From a virus (lineage: Duplodnaviria; Heunggongvirae; Uroviricota; Caudoviricetes): a stretch of DNA of 11,824 nucleotides. The DNA lies in IMG/VR virus record IMGVR_UViG_3300011442_000002, positions 1 through 11,824 of that record. One strand, 5' to 3'. Position 1 is the first letter of the stretch. Each line of letters starts with the position of its first letter. This document shows positions 1 to 6,910 of this stretch, piece by piece. The translations under genes and the position numbers were made by a program. A model generated the notes under the pieces. The model was not told the origin of the DNA and did not search any database. It worked only from the letters and a program-made list of their open reading frames with translations.

Positions 1-98
1 CCAGCTTTGTGTGTATAGTAATCAATGCCATCACGTACCGTTGGCTGGTCATCGTAGTTAGAAGCATCCCAACCAAATGTAGTATCGTTAGCTCCCAT
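1..98 (-). CDS. Endolysin, GH25 muramidase-like, N-terminal fragment (runs off the window edge)
   Basis: Not in the ORF track. My translation from ATG at 98 is MGANDTTFGWDASNYDDQPTVRDGIDYYTHKAG. SD GGAGG at 109-105, 6 nt upstream. FGWDASNY and YYTHKAG match the first two GH25 strands (G-x-D-V-S-x-Y and F-x-x-x-K-A-T-E-G). Only 32 codons are visible. Confidence 0.7.
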   Translation of the reverse strand, partial: MGANDTTFGWDASNYDDQPTVRDGIDYYTHKA

Positions 99-288
99 CA
101 CTCACCTCCGGCTGTTGCCAATCTTCTGGTGGTTGTGAGCGTCCTTTACCAGTTAGTACTTTATTGCAATCCTTACAATCATAGAACTTTTCTCCATTAA
201 GCATTTCTTCCATATCAATTAAATTGTCTAGATCGGCTTCGTTTTCGCATATAGCAGTTAGACCATCTGTAGTTACATGTGTAATCAT
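88..288 (-). CDS. Small acidic hypothetical protein with one CxxC motif (66 aa)
   Basis: ATG at 288 preceded by GGAGGTACA (strong SD), directly after the SGNH stop codon. Contains CKDC. No hydrophobic segment. Overlaps the endolysin start by 11 nt. Confidence 0.8.
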   Translation of the reverse strand: MITHVTTDGLTAICENEADLDNLIDMEEMLNGEKFYDCKDCNKVLTGKGRSQPPEDWQQPEVSDGS

Positions 289-298
289 TGTACCTCCA

Positions 299-1105
299 TT
301 ATGGACCGTAACATCCCAGTGCTAATACTGGCCTTTCGATGCCTGGTCGGCAAGCTGAAACAGAGTGCCAAGCTTCTGCGGGTTCAGCAATAGGAAGGTT
401 GTACATAGCGGCCAACCCATTGTAAAATAGGTTACCAATTTGTACATAATCTGATGGGTGTAAAGAATCATAAAGCTTAATCGGCGGATACTGTTGTAAG
501 TCTACCCAAGCGACTCTTGGATTGTTAAAACTCAAAACACCAAGAATAGTTGCTATATTTACGGTAACTTCATTCGGAGCCCAAGAAGTAATAGAATAAG
601 GAATGAGCGCAATTAATACTTTAGTTGTCGAATTGTAGTTCAAAATTTTCGAGATTAGATCAGTAACCACTGCCTGATAATTTGCTAAACCTGCACCTTG
701 ACCAGCAGCATTACGAGTACCAACAGTGATCATAACCACGTCAGGATTACCCGCAGCTAACCAAGTGAGAATATTGTCTCGCATGGACTGCACAGTACCT
801 GCATTTGGATCATTAGGAGCTTGCCCGTCAGGTCCAAATCTATGTGCATAAGGACAAGAGTTTGGTCCAGTACCAACAGGCTCGCCTTGCCAAACTGCTT
901 CGTAACCTACGTTATAAAGCAATCTAGTAACTTCAGTTCTAGCTCCACAGTTATCTTTAGATCCATAACCAGTGTTGATACTGTCACCAATGGCTAAAAT
1001 CTTAATTTTTGGTAAGTCAGCATTAGCTGCAGAAGCAACACTACCTATCGCAATTATAATAGCTAGAAAAAATGTTGCTACCTTACGCATATTAAATGTT
1101 TTCAA
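299..1105 (-). CDS. Secreted SGNH/GDSL-family hydrolase (esterase/deacetylase-like) with Sec signal peptide
   Basis: Block I ILAIGDSINTGYGS (Ser codon 982-980). Block III PDVVMITVGTRN. Block V YDSLHP (D-x-x-H, 469-458). N-terminus MRKVATFFLAIIIAIGSVASA-ANA-D is a basic/hydrophobic/AxA signal peptide. Start reassigned from 1147 to the in-frame TTG at 1105, which lies 5 nt after AAGGA overlapping the upstream stop. ATG at 1090 is the alternative. Confidence 0.88.
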   Translation of the reverse strand: MKTFNMRKVATFFLAIIIAIGSVASAANADLPKIKILAIGDSINTGYGSKDNCGARTEVTRLLYNVGYEAVWQGEPVGTGPNSCPYAHRFGPDGQAPNDPNAGTVQSMRDNILTWLAAGNPDVVMITVGTRNAAGQGAGLANYQAVVTDLISKILNYNSTTKVLIALIPYSITSWAPNEVTVNIATILGVLSFNNPRVAWVDLQQYPPIKLYDSLHPSDYVQIGNLFYNGLAAMYNLPIAEPAEAWHSVSACRPGIERPVLALGCYGP

Positions 1106-1113
1106 GTTAATCC

Positions 1114-2181
1114 TTACGTGGTTTCGACAACTGCATCCATTGCACAAATATCACCAGTAGCCCAAGTTTGGGGCACGGCTGAGGTAACGTCACCAGAAGA
1201 CGTTAATGGAGTTAAATTGGAGTTATCAAAGAAATAGCAAGTACCGGCACGTCTAACTGTACCAGAGTCTAACAGCATAGAAGTACCGCCACCATCAACG
1301 CCACCAGCTACTGTGGTAATACCACCAGGAAGCGAGAACTTCCAATATCCGGTACCGAAGGTTGTAGTGGTACCACATGTTAGTTTGATGGCTAAATGCA
1401 TTGTCTTGCCAATAATTTTATATCTACCAACTAAGGTACCATTACCGACTGCTGGTGAGCTAACCTGTGTAGTCCAAGTTGGCGTATAAGAAGTCCAAGC
1501 AGTATAAGTAACTGGATCAGCAATAACTGCCCATGATGATCCATTGTATTCTTCGATTTTGTCAGTATCTCTACGATATACTAGTTGTGTTCTATAAGCC
1601 GTAAGTGCATCACGTTCAGTAGAATTCTCAACAGAGATCACGCCGCCAAGCGCGGCCATATAAGTACGACGATCGGTAATTTCACCGGTCGTAATAGATG
1701 TATCAAGAGCAACAATGGATACTGAAGCTAAAGTAATAGAGTTAGCTGGTGCAGTCGGGAGCGATGGCGAGCTAGCTGGTGTACCAGCGACCACCACGAG
1801 TGAGCTTGTATGGGCAGCACCTGAATACCCATCATCCTCCACCTTGAAACAGATTAAGTCAAGCCTGTTCAGGGTGGCGTGTGCAGCGGATATGCTAAGA
1901 GTCACATCCGCATCATTCATAACTGAATATATGCCTTGCTTTGAACCTTCACTGCCAGGAATAGTTGCATGGCCAGACTTAACCAGCACACCCATAGATG
2001 GTGAAGCAGTCTGAGTAACCTGTAATGCGTTACCTAGAGCAGGGTTTACACCACCTCTGGAAATCAGCGAGGTAGACCCTGTCTTGCCAGCAACTAATAA
2101 TCCTTGCCAGTTACGAAACATTTCCGCAGTGTGTGTAGCACCAGCGTTCTGCAGAAATCCACATGGATTAATAACTGCCAC
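1114..2181 (-). CDS. Minor tail protein, fibre/receptor-binding or upper-baseplate type (355 aa)
   Basis: Directly after Dit. N-terminal part (SMGVLVKSG..NDADVTLSISAA..NRLDLI..GTPASSPSLP..LASVSI..ITDRR) resembles baseplate-anchoring domains of siphophage fibres. RDALTAYRTQLVYRRDTDKIEEYNGSSW is a typical connector. C-terminal beta-rich head (WTSYTPTW..GNGTLVGRYKIIGKT..GYWKFSLP). Confidence 0.8.
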   Translation of the reverse strand: MAVINPCGFLQNAGATHTAEMFRNWQGLLVAGKTGSTSLISRGGVNPALGNALQVTQTASPSMGVLVKSGHATIPGSEGSKQGIYSVMNDADVTLSISAAHATLNRLDLICFKVEDDGYSGAAHTSSLVVVAGTPASSPSLPTAPANSITLASVSIVALDTSITTGEITDRRTYMAALGGVISVENSTERDALTAYRTQLVYRRDTDKIEEYNGSSWAVIADPVTYTAWTSYTPTWTTQVSSPAVGNGTLVGRYKIIGKTMHLAIKLTCGTTTTFGTGYWKFSLPGGITTVAGGVDGGGTSMLLDSGTVRRAGTCYFFDNSNLTPLTSSGDVTSAVPQTWATGDICAMDAVVETT

Positions 2182-2186
2182 TCAAA

Positions 2187-3692
2187 TCACCGCCAAGCTG
2201 ATCGAAATGAAATTCCAAGTGTGGCTGAAGTGCCATTCTGACCACCAAAGAAGATTTGATTGACTCCTGGATCTAAGAAGAACCAATCAGGATTTGTTAA
2301 AGTATTTCGTCTATTGCTACTACCATTGAGCAAAACTGTTCTATCACGAGTATTTACAACCAAGGTTTCAGATGCGGCTAAAGTAATTGTGAACGATAGT
2401 GTATGTCCATTTGTACTGTTGGTAATAATCGGGTTTTCGATCGGGCCGGTTATCACAAACTCCACAGGGGTGGGTCGGTTTCCAGCATTTGTAGCAACAG
2501 TACCGCTAGGAGTCGCGCCGCCACCAAAATCAACGCTAAAACCAATACCTTGCCACCACTGCAAACTATCCCATGACATAATTGGGTTGGTGTTTGTGTT
2601 GCTTGTGCTTCTAACTGCTGTTACGCGGAAACCACCAGTAGCAGTTACACCAGTATCAATTGCAGCTTCTGCCGTTGACGTCGACGGCTCAGCAGCACCG
2701 GTAGCCCAAACTTTAGCTCTTAAAATGCTTCCAGTTGCTGATGAATCGCCTTCATGAATTTCTGCTCTAACTGAAACCAATGAAGACGAAGTTAAAACGC
2801 CAACCGTGGCCGCAGCAACTAGTGTAGTAGTAACACCGGCAACCACCTTGGTCAAGCTGACTTGTACTGTGTTAGAAGTTGTCCAAATAATATTCACTTT
2901 ATACATGTTGTTAGTGTCGACTTCTCGTACATCTAACGTGCCAATAATTGTTGCACCTGTGGGTGTTGCGGATAAAGTCAATCCCTGAATGAACATTGTC
3001 TGGTTAACAGCAGTTAAGGTGTCAATTGTAGCTACATAAACTGAACCAGTAGCCGCAGTTAGTGTTATTCTTGCTGTGCTACCATTGGTGGCAAAGTCTG
3101 CGGCAGTACCGGTCAGTGTATACGTATGGCTAGAATCAGAAGTACCTAAACCACCAACAGTAGTTCTGGTATAAGTATCCAGGAAAGTGGTAAATGCTAA
3201 GCCTAAACCAGCACTACCACCGTAGGTAATTGTTGAACTAGTTAGTGCCGAAGCATATATTCTTGGATCTTCTGCATACATTAAGAACTGTGCAGTAGTC
3301 ATCCCAATTCTACGCGCTGTGGCCCAGTCATAATTAATACCACGAGGCTTGACGAAAACTAATCTTTCATCAACGCCGGGGGCTTTTAAGTAGAATGGTA
3401 TTGGACTAGTTACGGGCGCAAAGTTGGCTTTTAGATCATCTAAGTAGCTTTCGATGGTATCAGAGTCTGCATAAATTGTGCCTTCTAATGATATGTCTCG
3501 ACCTTTTTCAAATTCTGCATCCAAGAATCCACCATCAGTGCCTTCGTGATCTCTGGTAGTTTCTCGATAAGGGGCACTATCCAAGCCAGCAACTTTCGTT
3601 ATATCAACAAATGGAAGAGCGGTGTCCTCGTTTAGGGTTACACCATCGTCATCCAATTGAAAGGTGTATTCACCTAGACCAAGAGTCATCAC
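2187..3692 (-). CDS. Distal tail protein (Dit) with a probable internal carbohydrate-binding insertion (501 aa)
   Basis: Follows the tape measure gene with a GTGA/TGATG overlap (start GTG 3692 or ATG 3689). N-terminal Dit motifs (GLDSAPYR..DGGF..GRDISLEGTI..EDPRIY) and C-terminal motifs (NAGNRPTPVEFVITGPIENPII..LVVNT..WFFLDPGVN..AWR) flank a Thr-rich beta-sandwich-like segment of about 210 aa. Confidence 0.85.
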   Translation of the reverse strand: MMTLGLGEYTFQLDDDGVTLNEDTALPFVDITKVAGLDSAPYRETTRDHEGTDGGFLDAEFEKGRDISLEGTIYADSDTIESYLDDLKANFAPVTSPIPFYLKAPGVDERLVFVKPRGINYDWATARRIGMTTAQFLMYAEDPRIYASALTSSTITYGGSAGLGLAFTTFLDTYTRTTVGGLGTSDSSHTYTLTGTAADFATNGSTARITLTAATGSVYVATIDTLTAVNQTMFIQGLTLSATPTGATIIGTLDVREVDTNNMYKVNIIWTTSNTVQVSLTKVVAGVTTTLVAAATVGVLTSSSLVSVRAEIHEGDSSATGSILRAKVWATGAAEPSTSTAEAAIDTGVTATGGFRVTAVRSTSNTNTNPIMSWDSLQWWQGIGFSVDFGGGATPSGTVATNAGNRPTPVEFVITGPIENPIITNSTNGHTLSFTITLAASETLVVNTRDRTVLLNGSSNRRNTLTNPDWFFLDPGVNQIFFGGQNGTSATLGISFRSAWR

Positions 3693-6241
3693 GGTCTCCC
3701 AGAAAGTAGATATCCAAGTTCGGCAGCGTGACGCCTAGGATCAATTTCTTGCGTGGTAATATTAAATTCTTGATGTACTATTCTTCCACTACCTTCATTG
3801 CCAGAACTTGAAACTGCATTAGTCATACCGGCAGTAGTGCTAGTTACTTGTGCACGAATTGCTGGTGTACCCTTTGAAATACCTTGTGCAAAACCTTCCA
3901 TGCTATAAACACCGAGCTTCATGAACTCCTTGCTTGGCGAACCAATACCAAGTTTTTCCGCAGCCCAGTGTAATGCACCAGTGGCTACGTCACCAATAGC
4001 ATTGAAAACGGTTTGTGCACCATTTTTGATACCTTGAACAACGCCATCTATAATGCTGCTACCAAGACCTGACCAGAAATCTGAAGTAAATAGTGGTTGA
4101 ATAAAGTTCCAAAAATCTTTTAGCCAACCCCAAACCGTTTGAATAGCGTCGATTAATCCACCAAAAACGGTGATCAAGAATTCGATAACAGCAATAACTG
4201 CTTTGAATGCTAGGAATAGTGTTATCCCAACAGCACTCGCAAGAACTATACCGATAACTACGGCGACATATCCTGCAATCTTACCAATTGTAGACCAAAC
4301 ATCAATAATTGTTTTGATGGTGTCTTCGTGTTCATGTAGGAAATCGGTAAACTCTTTGATAGCTGGAACGACATGATTTTTGATTACATTGTGAACCCGT
4401 TCAAATACATCAATTGCAGTATCACGTAGGAATGATATAACGGGCGCCAATTTTTCTAAAATTGAGTGTTCGATGTATTGGCCAAACATAACTAGAATAG
4501 GAAGCAGTTTGTTGCTAATAACATCCCAAAGCATTGTTAGTGCTGGCACGATCTCATCCACGAACGCGGTTTTGATCGCTATGCCTGCTGGTAGTAAAAC
4601 TTTTTCATAAAAGTCTTTAATTGTGGTTCCAAGTTCTAAAAAGACGTCACGGAATCTTTCGCTCTTTTTCCACGCAATAATAAACATAGCAGCTAGCGCA
4701 CCAATAGCTGTAATGACTAGTGCAATGACTGATAACACACCAAGCATTGCACCGCCAGCAACAGCAAATGCGGCGGCGAAAGCTAAAATGGTACCAATTA
4801 GCAATAGTAATATGCCACCAACAATAGAAGCCGCAACCCCAAATGCTAATAGTTGGGTAATATACTTCTTTTGGCTCTCTGGTAGTTTGTTAAACCATTC
4901 AAATGCCTTAGAGAACCAGCCAATGATTTTTTGGAATGTTGGTATAAGAGCTTCACCGGCAGCGATCTTTACTGCTTCCCATTGGTTTTTCATTAATTGA
5001 CTCTTAGTAGCTGTGGTATCAGCCATAATTGCATATGCTTGTTCGAACGATCCAGTTTCTGTAGACATGGTATCGAAAATTGTTTTAAACAGTTCTAGGT
5101 TTCCAGGCGTTAATAGCATATTTTGTAGGAACCGACGAGCTTGAATGGTTCCGCCAGCACCCTTGAACACTTCAATGATTTTTGCAACTTTAGCTTCTTC
5201 ACCTGGAATTTTACCTAGTGCGGTTCTGAAATCGCCAAGTATGTCGATCATCGATCGGAAGTTGCCTTGTGCATCCGTAGCGTTAACACCAAGCTCACGC
5301 AAAGAGTCAACAGCAGCCGGGTTTGACAATGCATCCATAGCACGAGCAACCGCAGTACCAGACTGAGCCGCAGAAATACCCATTCTAGTGGATACCGCTA
5401 GAGCAGCAGCCATCATTTCAACAGACTGACCAGCTCTAACTGCCGAAGGTGTAACAAGACCGATTCTAGTCGTCCACTCTTCGTATGTACCAATACCTTC
5501 TTTAACTAGCTGGAACTGCACATCCATTAAGTGATTAATGGTTGACAAAGGAAGGTGGAAAGCGTTCAAGATACCAATGGTTGCGGTTGAAGCCGCCTGA
5601 ATGTCAACCTGACCAGCTACGGAAGCCTTTGCAAAAACCGTCAAAAGCTTTTCCGCGTCGGCCGCGCCAACCTCCATCGACGAGAAAATATTGAACAGTG
5701 CTGGCTGAATCTGTTCGAATGGTACACCAATCGTGCGAGCCAGTCTTATACCAATATCTTCTACGTCTCGCAAGGATGTGGCAAACTTGTCGACCTGAGT
5801 TCTTGTTAATGCAGATTGCTTCTGATAGTCAATAGCTGTATCAACAAGATTCTTTAGACCCATTGCACCAAAGACACCAATAGCCGTAGCTGCGGTACCC
5901 ATGGTAGTCATGATGCCTGCGGCACCTTGTAATGCCGTGCTCAATCTTTGGGCTGATACTCGTTGTTCTTCCATGGCAGCTTTAGCTACACGCATACTGC
6001 CAATTTCTTTATCAATATTTTGAATGCGTTTTTGTGTTACTAGTAGGTCGGCTTGACTAGCACCAGTTAATTTTTGTACCGCCATTTGGTTAACAAGAGC
6101 AGATTTCGCAGCTTGTAGGTTTGCCATTTTAACGTTATCGCCGACCATGCGAATGTCTCTAGAGAAAGACCTCAAGGCTCGTGATGCTTCATCACGAGCC
6201 TTTAACACCAACCACAGATCGCGAGTAGCGCTAAATGGCAC
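3689..6241 (-). CDS. Tail tape measure protein (850 aa, TP901-type core)
   Basis: Longest ORF, alpha-helical and Ala-rich, downstream of the chaperones. Core motifs GISAAQSGTAVARAMDAL and LRELGVNATDAQGNFRSMIDIL. Long hydrophobic stretch (about aa 463-524) followed by AWKKSERFR. C-terminal LGIGSPSKEF. GTG start with TAGGAG SD. Confidence 0.95.
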   Translation of the reverse strand: MPFSATRDLWLVLKARDEASRALRSFSRDIRMVGDNVKMANLQAAKSALVNQMAVQKLTGASQADLLVTQKRIQNIDKEIGSMRVAKAAMEEQRVSAQRLSTALQGAAGIMTTMGTAATAIGVFGAMGLKNLVDTAIDYQKQSALTRTQVDKFATSLRDVEDIGIRLARTIGVPFEQIQPALFNIFSSMEVGAADAEKLLTVFAKASVAGQVDIQAASTATIGILNAFHLPLSTINHLMDVQFQLVKEGIGTYEEWTTRIGLVTPSAVRAGQSVEMMAAALAVSTRMGISAAQSGTAVARAMDALSNPAAVDSLRELGVNATDAQGNFRSMIDILGDFRTALGKIPGEEAKVAKIIEVFKGAGGTIQARRFLQNMLLTPGNLELFKTIFDTMSTETGSFEQAYAIMADTTATKSQLMKNQWEAVKIAAGEALIPTFQKIIGWFSKAFEWFNKLPESQKKYITQLLAFGVAASIVGGILLLLIGTILAFAAAFAVAGGAMLGVLSVIALVITAIGALAAMFIIAWKKSERFRDVFLELGTTIKDFYEKVLLPAGIAIKTAFVDEIVPALTMLWDVISNKLLPILVMFGQYIEHSILEKLAPVISFLRDTAIDVFERVHNVIKNHVVPAIKEFTDFLHEHEDTIKTIIDVWSTIGKIAGYVAVVIGIVLASAVGITLFLAFKAVIAVIEFLITVFGGLIDAIQTVWGWLKDFWNFIQPLFTSDFWSGLGSSIIDGVVQGIKNGAQTVFNAIGDVATGALHWAAEKLGIGSPSKEFMKLGVYSMEGFAQGISKGTPAIRAQVTSTTAGMTNAVSSSGNEGSGRIVHQEFNITTQEIDPRRHAAELGYLLSGRP

Positions 6242-6250
6242 AGCTAACTC

Positions 6251-6867
6251 CTACCTCTTAGGCATTTGATTAGCCTGCTTTTGTTTGTCTAGTTCTCTTC
6301 TTTCTTCTTCCCATGTCATGTAGTTATGAAGAATATAAACAAATAAGCTATCTTGATCGTATAATCCGCCAGCATTTGGAAAGGTATGAAATCTATCACA
6401 CATACTTATGATGTTCTGCATAGCAATTGCATCTTGAGCTACTCGGGCTTTTGGAATTAAAACCGCCTTACGTAACTCTATCAGAAGTTTTTTACTTCAT
6501 CGCTCTCTTCTGGAGAGTTGAAATTATCGATCAGTTGACCAACTTCTTCTCCAATAACTGAATCTAACTTCTTAACGTCACTAGGGTTTCTGAAGTTTAA
6601 TTCTCTACCATCTGCATCTTGTAAATTGTGTTCAGTGATTAAATTGGCGAAGTCCCAATAAGCAACTAATTCAGTTTGCATATCAACTTCAGCTTGAACG
6701 TCTTTATCGTTCTTATCACGTGAACCAGACATAAGGAGTTTCGTGGCCATATTGCTACGAAGTAATTTTTCTCCATAATTCATTCTACGAACTACAACAT
6801 AAGCCTCTGGTAAGGTTTTAAGTGGTAGTCTATCACTAGTACTATTAGTAACTACGGCGATTGGCAT
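6251..6867 (-). CDS. Tail assembly chaperone, long form (lambda gpGT-like) made by -1 programmed frameshift, about 205 aa
   Basis: The -1 frame is open from the slippery site (6493) to TAG at 6253-6251. It adds 78 aa: LLIELRKAVLIPKARVAQDAIAMQNIISMCDRFHTFPNAGGLYDQDSLFVYILHNYMTWEEERRELDKQKQANQMPKR. This fills the gap before the tape measure gene exactly. The internal ATG at 6421 lacks a clear SD. Confidence 0.85.
6481..6867 (-). CDS. Tail assembly chaperone, short form (lambda gpG-like, 128 aa)
   Basis: Lies between the tail tube and tape measure genes. True start is most likely ATG 6867 (MPIAVV..), preceded by GAAAGGG, not 6978. Ends ..DEVKNF followed by tandem stops TGA TAG. Confidence 0.88.
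   Translation of the reverse strand: MPIAVVTNSTSDRLPLKTLPEAYVVVRRMNYGEKLLRSNMATKLLMSGSRDKNDKDVQAEVDMQTELVAYWDFANLITEHNLQDADGRELNFRNPSDVKKLDSVIGEEVGQLIDNFNSPEESDEVKNF
6487..6493 (-). promoter_or_regulatory. -1 ribosomal frameshift slippery heptamer A AAA AAC
   Basis: Reads GTA AAA AAC TTC TGA. This is an X XXY YYZ heptamer in the correct phase, one codon before the chaperone stop, with an open -1 frame behind it. Confidence 0.87.
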
Positions 6868-6884
6868 TACGAGCCCTTTCATAA

Positions 6885-6910
6885 GTGCAAACCTATAATT
6901 AAGTGTGCAC
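6885..6910 (-). terminator. Stem-loop in the tail tube/chaperone intergenic region (possible weak terminator or mRNA stability element)
   Basis: mRNA GUGCACACUUA-AUUA-UAGGUUUGCAC pairs at 10 of 11 positions (one C.U mismatch, one G-U). Followed only by UUAU, so there is no strong U-tract. Confidence 0.35.

Noticed and set aside
88-288. 66-aa gene as a holin or spanin
   Set aside because: It has no transmembrane segment, signal peptide or lipobox.
299-1105. SGNH protein as a LysB or as a virion tail-spike esterase
   Set aside because: LysB enzymes are cutinase-like alpha/beta hydrolases (G-x-S-x-G) without signal peptides. A cleavable signal peptide and the lack of an anchoring domain argue against a virion location.
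1106-1147. Cys-rich extension MCNGCSCRNHVRIN of the SGNH ORF (track start 1147)
   Set aside because: It overlaps the fibre gene end, has no SD, and would bury the signal peptide. TTG 1105 or ATG 1090 fits better.
1180-1194. Short inverted repeat GCCCAAGTTTGGGGC near the fibre 3' end
   Set aside because: It lies within coding sequence, the perfect stem would need a 2-nt loop, and there is no U-tract. Likely chance.
6444-6468. GGCGGUUUU-AAUUCC-AAAAGCC as a 3' frameshift stimulator
   Set aside because: The stem is weak and bulged, and starts about 19 nt after the heptamer, beyond the usual 5-9 nt spacing.
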